Virus record (IMG/VR): IMGVR_UViG_3300007538_000022
Span: 26,275 to 90,274 of that record
DNA from: a virus
Reading direction: 5' to 3' (one strand)
DNA: 64,000 bases
Position 1 is the stretch's first letter. Each line of letters opens with the position of its first letter. The translations under genes were made by a program, and so were the position numbers. Positions 29,455 through 39,216 of this stretch are shown in pieces. The notes under the pieces were generated by a model. The model was not told the origin of the DNA, did not search any database, and saw nothing but the letters and a program-made list of their open reading frames with translations.

Positions 29455-30297
29455 ATGTTATCACTAAAACAACTATTAATAGAAAAAATTATATTAAGTA
29501 ATGAAATTTTTTCTAAAATCGAACGAGCAGTAGACAAATGGTTTAATATAGTTAGTAATGGTCAATTAAGTGTTCAGTACGATCGGCGAGATCGAATTAA
29601 AGAAGAAAAAGGGAAACTTGAAATCCTACGCAAAACCCTTCATCCTACTATTAACAAAGTATTAAAAGATAATTTAAATTTCATAAAAGATCAACACTAT
29701 TTAGGTCATAAGTTACGACTAGTTATTAATACTAATACATTTGCAGACGATGTTTCAGTTTCTGGGTGGTTTTCAAAAAAACCTTTCAAATTGAGCAAAT
29801 CACCGCACAGTTTAGACTACTTTCTAGTATGTGAGCTATATCTCGAGGTTCCACAAAAAGTTAACAAGAATACTACCCGTGATGAATTAATATCAGTAAT
29901 TTCACACGAACTAACTCATTTGATTCAATTAGCTCGAACTAAAAACAAAGACCACCAAATAACTGCTAAACCTAGTAATCTAAAAAATTCTGACAACGAC
30001 ACTAACTACTTAGCATTAAGATATGAAATTGATGCATTTGCACAATCTGTTGCTTCTGATATCATTTTACATGCAAAACAGTTTGACGATCCTTATCAAA
30101 CTGTTCAAAATCAATTAACTGCTGTGAAACATGGTTTAGACAGCCTATTTGGTAAAAAAATAATCCCTAGTGATAGCTATCATACATACAAGAAAAAGTT
30201 TTCAAATATTAAAGATGATCGTAACCGTACTGCTGTTTGGAAAATATTTAACAAAAAATTGTACGAAAAATTAGTTAATTGGTTAGAACATAATTAG
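29455..30297 (+). CDS. HExxH metalloprotease-like putative internal protein
   Basis: HELTHLIQ...YLALRYEIDAFAQ; CTAAATA late promoter and AGGAG RBS; start MLSLKQLLIE. Confidence 0.65.
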   Translation: MLSLKQLLIEKIILSNEIFSKIERAVDKWFNIVSNGQLSVQYDRRDRIKEEKGKLEILRKTLHPTINKVLKDNLNFIKDQHYLGHKLRLVINTNTFADDVSVSGWFSKKPFKLSKSPHSLDYFLVCELYLEVPQKVNKNTTRDELISVISHELTHLIQLARTKNKDHQITAKPSNLKNSDNDTNYLALRYEIDAFAQSVASDIILHAKQFDDPYQTVQNQLTAVKHGLDSLFGKKIIPSDSYHTYKKKFSNIKDDRNRTAVWKIFNKKLYEKLVNWLEHN

Positions 30298-30557
30298 CTC
30301 GAGTGAATTACTTTGTTATATTCGTCACGCATTTGTTCAAATTTTAAATGCTGCTGACATACTGATTTTAAATATTCATGTGCTGATTCAACTGCTACAT
30401 CAATTGTTAAATAGCCTGACATGGAAAAATTATTAAACTCGAAAAAAAATTTAATTTCTCGATTAATACATACACCTAATTTAAAATTATGTATATTATC
30501 GTCATATTTGTTTAATAGTGCTATCAATTGATTAATTTGTTGTTCCTTAGATTTCAT
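30294..30557 (-). CDS. Hypothetical protein
   Basis: 87-aa ORF. Confidence 0.6.
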   Translation of the reverse strand: MKSKEQQINQLIALLNKYDDNIHNFKLGVCINREIKFFFEFNNFSMSGYLTIDVAVESAHEYLKSVCQQHLKFEQMRDEYNKVIHSS

Positions 30558-30563
30558 TCTATA

Positions 30564-31277
30564 TTATTCCCAGTATTTTCTATTATCTAAATTAGTCCAG
30601 TACGTTTCATTATTGCGATTTATGAAATTTTTAATAAGATATATAGTCATTCCAAGATATCCCATTTTCTTAAATCGTCTGCTATCCTGTCCAAAATAGT
30701 GGTTGAGAATTTTGAATTTCTTAGGATTATACATTCTTGATAGAAAAAAATCTTCACTAGTAGAATATTTTGCAGGAAAGCCGCCTAAGTTATCAAAGAT
30801 TGTTTTTCTAGTAAGCATAAACGCTCCTACAGCAAATGGGACTTTATATTTCATAATATTATTAATAACATTGAAAATTTTAAATCCTATAATAGTTCTA
30901 AAATCATTATCATAACATTTAATGTTTAATCCGACTAAATCTAAATTTTTAGTTTCTAGTGCTTGTACTGCATCGTATATTGTATTAGAGTTAAAGAAAA
31001 TAACATCAGCATCTATAAAAAGTATATAAGGAGTTTTAACTAATGCTGCACCATTATTCTTAGCAATTGATACAGGACCACCTTGAATTACTTCAACCCG
31101 TAAATCACCTTTATATTTTTTAATTATTTCTCTAGTATTATCCGTCGAAGCATCGGCAATAATAATACGAACTCCTTCTATTTCTTTTTGTTTTTTTAAA
31201 CTATTTAAAAGATTGTGAATATAATCTCTTTCATTTTTACACGGTACAACAATTGTTATTTTATTTGCTAGAGTCAT
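30564..31277 (-). CDS. Family 2 glycosyltransferase
   Basis: IVVPCKNE, ADASTD, AKNNGA, LFIDAD, GGF, SEDF; likely start MTLANK. Confidence 0.88.
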   Translation of the reverse strand: MTLANKITIVVPCKNERDYIHNLLNSLKKQKEIEGVRIIIADASTDNTREIIKKYKGDLRVEVIQGGPVSIAKNNGAALVKTPYILFIDADVIFFNSNTIYDAVQALETKNLDLVGLNIKCYDNDFRTIIGFKIFNVINNIMKYKVPFAVGAFMLTRKTIFDNLGGFPAKYSTSEDFFLSRMYNPKKFKILNHYFGQDSRRFKKMGYLGMTIYLIKNFINRNNETYWTNLDNRKYWE

Positions 31278-32004
31278 AGTAAATTTCCCAAGTGCCATCT
31301 GTATGTTCAAGTAAGGCTGTGGCACTTTCAACCCAATCTCCGTCGTTCATATATAATACACCATTAATTTTTTTAATTTCTGCATGATGTATATGTCCAC
31401 AAATTATTCCATTATAATTGTTCTCAATGCAATAATCTGCAATATAATTTTCATACTTATTGATAAAATTAACAGCTTGCTTAGTATTATCTTTAAGCCA
31501 TTTGCTTAAACTCCAATACTTTAATCCTAAAAGTTTTCTAATCGAATTAAAATGAATATTCACCCATATTAGTAATTCATACAACGTATCGCCTAAGTGC
31601 ATCATCCACTTATACTTATCTATCATTAATTTATCAAATATATCTCCATGAACTACAAGGTATCTTTTATTATCAACACCTGTATAGTCGTAGCTGTTTA
31701 TAATTTGAATACTTCCTATGTTAATGTCGTAGTTTAAAAATTTACGAATTCCCTCGTCATGATTTCCGATAATATAATAAACATTAGTACCTTTTTTTGC
31801 TAATGTTAATATACGTCGAATAACATTAGCATGCGATTGTGGAAAGAACCATTTTTTTCGTAATTTCCACCCGTCAATTATATCACCTACTAGAAATAAA
31901 TTATCAGATGTATTATTTTTCAAAAAAAGACACAAAGCATCAGCTTGACAACCCCGTGTTCCTAAATGAACATCTGAAATAAAAATACTTTTATAATGTT
32001 TCAT
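31261..32004 (-). CDS. UDP-2,3-diacylglucosamine diphosphatase-like (LpxH family) metallophosphoesterase
   Basis: ISDVHLG, VGDIIDGW, GNHD, HGD, CGHIH, NDGDWVES. Confidence 0.85.
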   Translation of the reverse strand: MKHYKSIFISDVHLGTRGCQADALCLFLKNNTSDNLFLVGDIIDGWKLRKKWFFPQSHANVIRRILTLAKKGTNVYYIIGNHDEGIRKFLNYDINIGSIQIINSYDYTGVDNKRYLVVHGDIFDKLMIDKYKWMMHLGDTLYELLIWVNIHFNSIRKLLGLKYWSLSKWLKDNTKQAVNFINKYENYIADYCIENNYNGIICGHIHHAEIKKINGVLYMNDGDWVESATALLEHTDGTWEIYYDSSK

Positions 32005-32012
32005 AATTATTT

Positions 32013-33314
32013 TTAAATCTTTTCGCCTATTTCAAAACCTCTAAATGTTTTAAATCTTGGAAATCGTAGCGAGTATGTACTATCTTGATTTTGAGTTATT
32101 GCATCTGCACGAACTTCCACCATATGCCCTATAACATTAGTGTTCCATATATCATTTCTCTGTTCATCTGTAAATCCAGATCCAACATTAACTTTAATGA
32201 TTTTCCCGCTATCAATCCCTTCACATACTAACGCCCCTAATCTTCCTATATTTTTACCTGTTCCTTCCTCAACAGAAATAACATTTAATGTAACTTCGAT
32301 AAATGGTTTTATTTTTAGCCACGAATGTGTTCTTTTACATTCATACGGTGCATCAGGATCTTTTACCATAATACCTTCGTATCCTAACTCGATTGCTGAT
32401 TGATTAATTTCTTTAAATCTATCACTTCCATTAGGTGTATCTAAATCTACTTCTTCATTTCCAACTATTCGAATAATTTCATCATTAAACAATTTTGATA
32501 ATCTCGATAAGTTAGTTGACCTATCTTTTTGAGGAACTAATGACTTTCCATTTTTAAAATCTTTCAAACTAATTACATCAAACAGATATAGTACTGCATC
32601 ATTTGTTTGAACATTTGTTTTTCGATGTACTTGTTTCATTAGATCTTGAAAGGTTGAACTCATCACTTCTCCATCAAACACAGTGTCTTCTGTTAGCTGT
32701 GAAGAAATATGATTTTTAAACCATTTTGCTATTCTAGGAAAGTTTTGTAATTCTTTACCATTTCGGCTATACATTGTTACAATGCCGTTTGTCCTGACAA
32801 CAGTTATAACCCTAACGCCATCTAATTTAACTTCGATTAGTTTATTGCCACTTAGTTTTTTTTCGTGATTAGCACCGTCATGTGCTAATTGACATGAAAA
32901 TACAGGTATTGAATATTTTGGGTACGTTTTAGTTACTTTATTAACTGTTTTTACACTAACTCCACATTTTAAATCTTTAGTTAAAATGCGTCTGTACCAC
33001 ATATTCCATTCTACTGTAGTTGCAACATCCATGCACAATTTAATTGCATCACGAGCAGCATATCCTGTTAATTCTCTATTATTTAACTTGTTTGCTAAAT
33101 CTTCAAATACATTCCATGCTAATCCCTGCCCATTAACTGTTGACTCTGGTACTTGTTTGATCCCAAACGTGAATAATGGATCCAAGCACATTTTTAAACC
33201 TGAAAAAAATGTATCCACATTCTCATTCATTGCAAGTGTTAAAATAGATTCTTTTGCAAGTCTAGAATTATTTGATTCTAAATTTTTAATTATTTCGTGT
33301 GGCAAAGTATGCAT
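32013..33314 (-). CDS. ATP-dependent DNA ligase
   Basis: EVKLDGVR, DGE, FD, EGIMVK, WLKIKP, SLRFPRF. Confidence 0.93.
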   Translation of the reverse strand: MHTLPHEIIKNLESNNSRLAKESILTLAMNENVDTFFSGLKMCLDPLFTFGIKQVPESTVNGQGLAWNVFEDLANKLNNRELTGYAARDAIKLCMDVATTVEWNMWYRRILTKDLKCGVSVKTVNKVTKTYPKYSIPVFSCQLAHDGANHEKKLSGNKLIEVKLDGVRVITVVRTNGIVTMYSRNGKELQNFPRIAKWFKNHISSQLTEDTVFDGEVMSSTFQDLMKQVHRKTNVQTNDAVLYLFDVISLKDFKNGKSLVPQKDRSTNLSRLSKLFNDEIIRIVGNEEVDLDTPNGSDRFKEINQSAIELGYEGIMVKDPDAPYECKRTHSWLKIKPFIEVTLNVISVEEGTGKNIGRLGALVCEGIDSGKIIKVNVGSGFTDEQRNDIWNTNVIGHMVEVRADAITQNQDSTYSLRFPRFKTFRGFEIGEKI

Positions 33315-33497
33315 AGTAGCGATCCTATAAATAGTAGTGTGATGTATGTAAGGCTATAGTTAATTGATATTTAATTCTTGTTGTAGTGATTCGATTCGTT
33401 CAGCGGCAAGAATTAATAGCATCGACAACGATTCGTTGTTTGAATAATTAACTGACATTATTAAAAGTGTATTTACAAGTTCGGTATTTGTCATATT

Positions 33498-33809
33498 ATG
33501 AAAGAAATTAAAGAATTATATAATCATTTAAAAAATTCAGCAAAAAAAAGAAATATTCCATTTTCGCTAACATTAACAGATCTAAATAACTTATCATTTC
33601 CGTTAACGTGTCCAGTGTTAGGTATAAAATTACAATGGAATACTGGAAATCCAAAAGATAATTCGTATTCCATTGATCGAATTGATTCTACTAAAGGGTA
33701 TGAAATTGACAATATTATTGTCATTAGCTATAGAGCTAACAAATTAAAAAATAATGCAACATTAAATGAATTAAATCTAATAGCTGGATTTTACAACTCT
33801 TTAATGTGA
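33498..33809 (+). CDS. HNH-like endonuclease domain protein
   Basis: CPVLG...SIDRIDSTKGY..DN...S..AN.LKN; plus-strand TATAAATA at 33326. Confidence 0.7.
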   Translation: MKEIKELYNHLKNSAKKRNIPFSLTLTDLNNLSFPLTCPVLGIKLQWNTGNPKDNSYSIDRIDSTKGYEIDNIIVISYRANKLKNNATLNELNLIAGFYNSLM

Positions 33810-33970
33810 TTATTAATGTAATTTATCCAATGCCCTTTAACATCAACAAAATCGTGTGGATTGTAAAAAAATCGAGTATATTTAACATTTGATTCTTCTT
33901 CAACCCACTCTTTAATAGCAAATACTTGGTTAATGTTTATTAAATATTGGCTAATATGTACAAAGTTCAC
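33791..33970 (-). CDS. Small hypothetical protein (59 aa, GTG start, not in the track)
   Basis: Own translation MNFVHISQYLININQVFAIKEW...NHIKEL. Confidence 0.45.
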   Translation of the reverse strand: MNFVHISQYLININQVFAIKEWVEEESNVKYTRFFYNPHDFVDVKGHWINYINNHIKEL

Positions 33971-34204
33971 GCACGTGTTGCCTGTCTTTTACGAAGTTCT
34001 TTATTAATTTTAACTTGATCCTTTTTTCTACCTTTAAAGTTAAGAAGTTTTTCAGTTGACATACCTTCTACTGAAACTTTTGAACCTTTAGAACCTATTT
34101 TCATCATATTTCTCCAATTAAAATTTTTGAATTGTTACAATTCTACCAATAATGAACCCTAATATAAAAGAAATTAGCATCCACCCTATAAATAATTCCA
34201 TTGT

Positions 34205-34498
34205 TTAATGCCCGTAGTTAAACCCGTATAAATATGATTTTCCACTTTTACATCTCATTTGACTGTCAAAAAACCCACAGCAACCTTCATTTTTTATTTT
34301 TGTGTATTGTTTATGTCCATTATATGTATTAGGAAAAATCCTAAAATTATCTTCATATTCAGTATCTAGCATTGCTATAGATAATGCAACTAAAATTTCT
34401 AAACGATCTTCCATAGGAATTTCTTGCATCATTTCATCATCTAACAAATACCCTATTTTATCTATCGCATACTTTTCATAAGAATCTGTAGTATTCAT
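34205..34498 (-). CDS. Hypothetical protein
   Basis: ORF directly after a sigma70 promoter; GCCGFFD...GFNYGH. Confidence 0.7.
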   Translation of the reverse strand: MNTTDSYEKYAIDKIGYLLDDEMMQEIPMEDRLEILVALSIAMLDTEYEDNFRIFPNTYNGHKQYTKIKNEGCCGFFDSQMRCKSGKSYLYGFNYGH

Positions 34499-34529
34499 AC
34501 AGTTATTTTTTTATTTTGTTAAAAACTAT

Positions 34530-34558
34530 ATTATACATGTTTGTTAATATTATGTCAA
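34530..34558 (-). promoter_or_regulatory. sigma70-type early promoter
   Basis: Perfect TTGACA-17-TATAAT. Confidence 0.85.
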
Positions 34559-34611
34559 CTGTTTTTAAAAAATATCGTTTATGTGTTAGTAAATGTAAAT
34601 TTGATCGAGTA

Positions 34612-34845
34612 TTATTCGTTATCATCTAATAACTTTCCAGTATTACAATAATATATAAATTTAACCCATTTAATATCATCATTTAACTTGTTAATATCCA
34701 TATCGTAGGAGCTTATAACTGTTGCATATCGCATTTCGCTATGTCGATTTTCTCTAATCATTAATTCTAAATCGTTTAATCTACGAGATTTAATTCGTTG
34801 TTTCAGTTTAATTTTTTCTTTTAGTGCTCTAATTGTTTGTTTCAT
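34612..34845 (-). CDS. Hypothetical protein
   Basis: Likely start MKQTIR, which avoids overlap with the upstream gene. Confidence 0.55.
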   Translation of the reverse strand: MKQTIRALKEKIKLKQRIKSRRLNDLELMIRENRHSEMRYATVISSYDMDINKLNDDIKWVKFIYYCNTGKLLDDNE

Positions 34846-34867
34846 TGTGTCTCTATTGTTAAGTAGT

Positions 34868-35500
34868 TTAAGTCCATAGGGAATGATAATATTTACCAAA
34901 TAATCTAAGACCATTATTAATTCGTTCATGATACTTATCTAGATTCTCCTTATCAATTTCAAAGTTAAAAGGTTTGTCCGGTGTACTAGGTAGTTCTTTA
35001 AAAAACTCATCTTCTCCATCGATTAATTTTTGCTGAAATGCCCAAATCATTTCATCTATGATCCAATCCCACCTTAAAAACCAGTTGTCGTCAACATCGT
35101 CAAATTGTTGATTTTCATTTTTATTCCGTAAGTTATCTGGAACATCATCATTATCAACAAATGGAGCTCCATGTTTTTCCTTTTTTAGTTCAATAAGTAA
35201 CGGTACAATGATATGCGCCAAAGTTACATCAGCAGACCATGTATCATACTTATCTATTTTTACTTTTACTTTTTGTTTCTTTTTAGAATGTATCCACTCT
35301 AAAAAGTTATACAATATTGTTTGATTACTTTCAATCCGTTCTTTAAATCCATAAGCAAGCCAGTCACCGAACTTATGAACACAATCTGCTGAACATTTAA
35401 TACCATACTCGTCAGTTTGTTTAGGATACCACCACATTAACATTTCTGCTAATTGATACGGACCTATCCAAGTTATATATGGGCCTACATACACTTTCAT
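34868..35500 (-). CDS. Hypothetical phage protein
   Basis: Trp-rich ORF (KIDKYDTWS.D.TLA...GLRLFGKYY.SLW) in a coupled operon. Confidence 0.7.
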   Translation of the reverse strand: MKVYVGPYITWIGPYQLAEMLMWWYPKQTDEYGIKCSADCVHKFGDWLAYGFKERIESNQTILYNFLEWIHSKKKQKVKVKIDKYDTWSADVTLAHIIVPLLIELKKEKHGAPFVDNDDVPDNLRNKNENQQFDDVDDNWFLRWDWIIDEMIWAFQQKLIDGEDEFFKELPSTPDKPFNFEIDKENLDKYHERINNGLRLFGKYYHSLWT

Positions 35501-35814
35501 TATTTTTCCTCTAAAAAGTCAAGAGCATCTTTAACTGCAGATATCCAATTTAATGCTGTTTGTTTAGATAATATAATTTCATGATCGATAGTGTTTGAAC
35601 CACTAAACAAGAATTTAAGTTTTTCAAAAAATGTAAACTGTTTTTGAACATAAAAACTTACTTCCACACACTGCAAATCTTTTTCAGCATTAACTTCAAC
35701 CCATGTATTTATTGAATGCTCGTGTGACATGCAATCACATTGTACTGTAAAACAAATTGCATTATCGTATTCAGCAGAAGTTGATATTCCAACCGTAGGT
35801 TTTTCTCTTTTCAT
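35500..35814 (-). CDS. Hypothetical protein
   Basis: CDC...H motif; coupled to the downstream gene. Confidence 0.65.
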   Translation of the reverse strand: MKREKPTVGISTSAEYDNAICFTVQCDCMSHEHSINTWVEVNAEKDLQCVEVSFYVQKQFTFFEKLKFLFSGSNTIDHEIILSKQTALNWISAVKDALDFLEEK

Positions 35815-35938
35815 AGCTATTTATTTTTTTTAAACTGTGGAAATAATGAAATTAAAACAATCGGTACTATTTTGAAAACGTATAGTATTTTAATTTCAAT
35901 CCAGATAGTATTAGATTTACGCACAATAACAACTAATG

Positions 35939-36712
35939 CTAAATTTCAAGTACTTTAGTAAAATAACTAGTATCTTTAAGCTCACCGGGATATCCTTTGG
36001 GATTACTTTCAATTTGAGTATTTCCAATTTCATAACTCACTGATTCATGTATATGTCCGTGAATCCATAACTTTGGGTTATACTGTAATATATGTTCGGA
36101 CAAATCTGAACAATAACCGTGATTAATTGATGAATTTTTAAATTTTTCTGCAATTGATTTAAAACTAGGAGCATGATGTGTAATTACAATATTAGTATGC
36201 TCAGTTGAGTACGATTTTTTAAAAAACTCAATAGTTTTATTAAATTCAACAAATGCATCTTTAGGATCAAATTTTCTCATATATGGCACTCCATATGATC
36301 CTGTTCTAATACAGTGAAAATCATTCATTCGTTTTCTAACTATAAACGCAGTTAATTCATCATAGTTATTATAGTCCGACCACATAGTACTACCTAAAAA
36401 TCGGTAGTTTTCAATGTCAATGTAAGATCGATTAAGTACAGTTAAATTAGGATAGCTCAATTGACTAATATAATCATTAACTAGTTTAACTGAACCTTTA
36501 TAAAATTCATGATTACCAAATACATATAAAACATGTTTAAATCGTGTAGTTACATCATTAAAAAAATATTCAAACTTTTTAATTTTGGATAAAATGCAAA
36601 TATCTCCTGCTAGAATTAGTATAGTATTTTGTTCATCTTCTGAACTGTCTAAACAAAATGGTTCTTTATCATACCATTCTAAATGTAAATCTGATTCTAT
36701 TCTTACTTTCAT
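35939..36712 (-). CDS. Calcineurin-like metallophosphoesterase
   Basis: SDLHLE, LAGD, GNHEFY, THHAP, HGHIH, NPKGY. Confidence 0.9.
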   Translation of the reverse strand: MKVRIESDLHLEWYDKEPFCLDSSEDEQNTILILAGDICILSKIKKFEYFFNDVTTRFKHVLYVFGNHEFYKGSVKLVNDYISQLSYPNLTVLNRSYIDIENYRFLGSTMWSDYNNYDELTAFIVRKRMNDFHCIRTGSYGVPYMRKFDPKDAFVEFNKTIEFFKKSYSTEHTNIVITHHAPSFKSIAEKFKNSSINHGYCSDLSEHILQYNPKLWIHGHIHESVSYEIGNTQIESNPKGYPGELKDTSYFTKVLEI

Positions 36713-36915
36713 TTTTTGTATAATCTCTTATGGGTTAGTCTATGATGTTTTAATATTTTACCTATAGATTTATATAGGGCATATTCTGTATATAAAAACG
36801 AACTTGCTAATCTTAACATAAAAATTAAATCTATAACTGTATCTGAAACTAGCAATGCTCCAATGGAAAATGATAATACTATAGTTATTATAACATCTAT
36901 AAACATAGTAGTCAC
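36709..36915 (-). CDS. Small membrane protein
   Basis: Hydrophobic ORF within the operon. Confidence 0.5.
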   Translation of the reverse strand: MTTMFIDVIITIVLSFSIGALLVSDTVIDLIFMLRLASSFLYTEYALYKSIGKILKHHRLTHKRLYKK

Positions 36916-36916
36916 G

Positions 36917-37939
36917 CTATACTGCTACAGGAGCAGAAATTTTTCCTAATGGATTATAATTAACAACATTAAAATCGGATAACTTAAAATCATTAATATT
37001 ATTAACAGTGTTTGTTATATATAGTTTTGGATCAGATAAATTGTATGTATCCCTAGACAATAACTCCGTAACTTGTTCGATGTGATTCTTATATATGTGG
37101 CAATCACCTCCTGTCCAAATAAATGTATGGGGGATCATATTTGTTATATGTGCAATCATATACGTTAGCAAGGAATAACTAGCAATATTATATGGCAATC
37201 CTAAAAACAAATCTGAAGATCTTTGATACAATTGACAAGAAAGTGCATATCTTGGAATATTCCTTTCATCCAAATCCATATTAATTATGTATTCTTCTGT
37301 TTTTAACACAACACTACTACATTTTGATAATCGATCTCTTACCATATCAACATATTCGGTGTCGTTTGTTAGCCTAGCTCTTTCAATTGTAGGAATTTGA
37401 CTAGTATAAAACTGAAAAAAACAGTGGCATGGAGCTAATGCCATTTTACCATTTAATACATTATTGTGTGGGGATTGTGTTTCATCTGGTAAGTCTGCTA
37501 CATTCCATGCTGACACAATATGTCGTCTACTTGCTGGTCTTTCAATTAATGATTGAATAACTTGTTCTATTTGATCTATTGTTTGCCCGTTTGGAGTTTT
37601 CCATGATCTCCATTGATGTCCGTAAATTGGGCCTAATTCACCTGAATGATTATTATCATATACTGCCCATTCTTTCCATATAGTGTCTTGATTTTCTTTT
37701 AAATTACAAATTTTGGCAAGATCTTCGTTATTCGTTGATCCTGATAACATCCATAATAACTCACCCGCGATTAATTTAAATGATGTGTATTTTCCACTAA
37801 GTAACGGGAATTGATTATTTTGCAAATCAAACGTCAACTGTTGTCCAAACAAACTAAGTGTTCCGACAGAAGTCCTATCGTTATCAATATGATTTCCATA
37901 TTGCAACACCTGGTGTAATAAACTGTAATAATTTTTCAT
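36917..37939 (-). CDS. thyA: Thymidylate synthase ThyA
   Basis: DRTSVGT, ELLW, GPIYGHQWR, MALAPCH, YQRSSD, PYNIASY, HIYKNH; contains an insertion of about 45 aa. Confidence 0.95.
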   Translation of the reverse strand: MKNYYSLLHQVLQYGNHIDNDRTSVGTLSLFGQQLTFDLQNNQFPLLSGKYTSFKLIAGELLWMLSGSTNNEDLAKICNLKENQDTIWKEWAVYDNNHSGELGPIYGHQWRSWKTPNGQTIDQIEQVIQSLIERPASRRHIVSAWNVADLPDETQSPHNNVLNGKMALAPCHCFFQFYTSQIPTIERARLTNDTEYVDMVRDRLSKCSSVVLKTEEYIINMDLDERNIPRYALSCQLYQRSSDLFLGLPYNIASYSLLTYMIAHITNMIPHTFIWTGGDCHIYKNHIEQVTELLSRDTYNLSDPKLYITNTVNNINDFKLSDFNVVNYNPLGKISAPVAV

Positions 37940-37953
37940 ATAGTTGTACTAAG

Positions 37954-38295
37954 TTAATAATTTATAATTTGAACTTCTAATCCAAGTTTTTTAGCTTGAT
38001 TAATCATATGTTTAGTTCCTTTTGATTCACCGTCCCAAAATGCAATTAATTGTTCAGCATAGTTTGCCATTTCTGTATTACGCTTAGGACCTGCGCCTCT
38101 GCCGTATCTTTTCCAATCTGCAGGGAACATTTTTACAGGAACATTACGCAATTCTGCCCACTTTTTACCCATTGCATCAGCACCTTTAGCACCGCCGCAT
38201 ACGATTTCTGTAATTGAATTTGCTTTTTTATCTAATATAGTTGATAAAAAGTTAAAATCTGTAAAGTCTCTTCCACCAGCGACTATAGTTTTCAT
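37954..38295 (-). CDS. SLOG-family (DUF2493/YspA-like) protein
   Basis: IVAGGRDF, GGAKGAD, ADW..YGRGAGPKRN.EM, WDGESKGT. Confidence 0.85.
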   Translation of the reverse strand: MKTIVAGGRDFTDFNFLSTILDKKANSITEIVCGGAKGADAMGKKWAELRNVPVKMFPADWKRYGRGAGPKRNTEMANYAEQLIAFWDGESKGTKHMINQAKKLGLEVQIINY

Positions 38296-38333
38296 AAAAA
38301 CTCCGTGTTATAACATAAATATACTTTGTATAT

Positions 38334-38362
38334 ATTATATATTTATTTTATAAGGAAGTCAA
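38334..38362 (-). promoter_or_regulatory. sigma70-type promoter for the SLOG-thyA operon
   Basis: TTGACT-17-TATAAT. Confidence 0.7.
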
Positions 38363-39208
38363 ATGAGAAAGTTAGATATATTATTTGAAAATATAATTAA
38401 AAAAACTAGAGTCGATGATCAAGGTGAGGAGGAAAATTATGCTGATATCGATATGAAACCTACTGCAATGCCTTTAAAAATGATTCCTGCATCTACAGGC
38501 AGTAAATTTAAAAAGAAAAATCCCGAATATGATAAACCACAAATTTCTACTCGTTTTGGAAAAGATGCAAAAAATACCCCGTACGAGTTAACTCCACACC
38601 AATCATCTTTTAAAGTATATTCATGTTATAGTACATCGTTAGATGCAAAAAAAACAAAAGACAGTATTGTTAATTTAATTAAAAATAAAATGGTCGGTAA
38701 TGACGAGCAATATACTAATTTGCTTTCTGCATGTGCTGATTATACTGCAAAAGCTATGAAAATTATATCAAGTAATAATGGGTTTCCATATTTTGATGCG
38801 ATTGTTGTTGCACCTTCTTCATCTAGTCTTGCACATGATTATGCCGAAGCAATTCGTGATGTTTATCCTAATGTAATAGTGTATCATCGAGATGTTGCTA
38901 AGAAAACTACTGACACTTCCAGAATTAAAATTACAGGTAATTTACCAGAAAAAGAAAAAGAAGATTTACGCAGAGAAATTGACAAACAAAATGGTAAACC
39001 GTTTAATATAAAAGCAATGAGAAATGGTGGTCATTGGAGAAGATTTATCTCCAATTTTATTGAAATAAATGAAATGTTTGGTTTTACTGGAGCTAATATA
39101 TTAGTAGTTGATGACAAAGCAACCTCTGGCTCTACTATTAAAGATATTGGTACACAAATTTTACAAAAAGGTGCTAATACTGTAGTTGGGTTTACCCTAT
39201 TTAAGTGA
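38363..39208 (+). CDS. Type I phosphoribosyltransferase-fold protein with CTS-like N-terminus
   Basis: PRPP loop ILVVDDKATSGST; VAPSSS; CATAAATA late promoter at 38314. Confidence 0.75.
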   Translation: MRKLDILFENIIKKTRVDDQGEEENYADIDMKPTAMPLKMIPASTGSKFKKKNPEYDKPQISTRFGKDAKNTPYELTPHQSSFKVYSCYSTSLDAKKTKDSIVNLIKNKMVGNDEQYTNLLSACADYTAKAMKIISSNNGFPYFDAIVVAPSSSSLAHDYAEAIRDVYPNVIVYHRDVAKKTTDTSRIKITGNLPEKEKEDLRREIDKQNGKPFNIKAMRNGGHWRRFISNFIEINEMFGFTGANILVVDDKATSGSTIKDIGTQILQKGANTVVGFTLFK

Positions 39209-39216
39209 ACTAGATA

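Noticed and set aside
36917-37939. Insertion in ThyA as an intein or intron
   Set aside because: About 45 aa, in frame, with no splicing motifs
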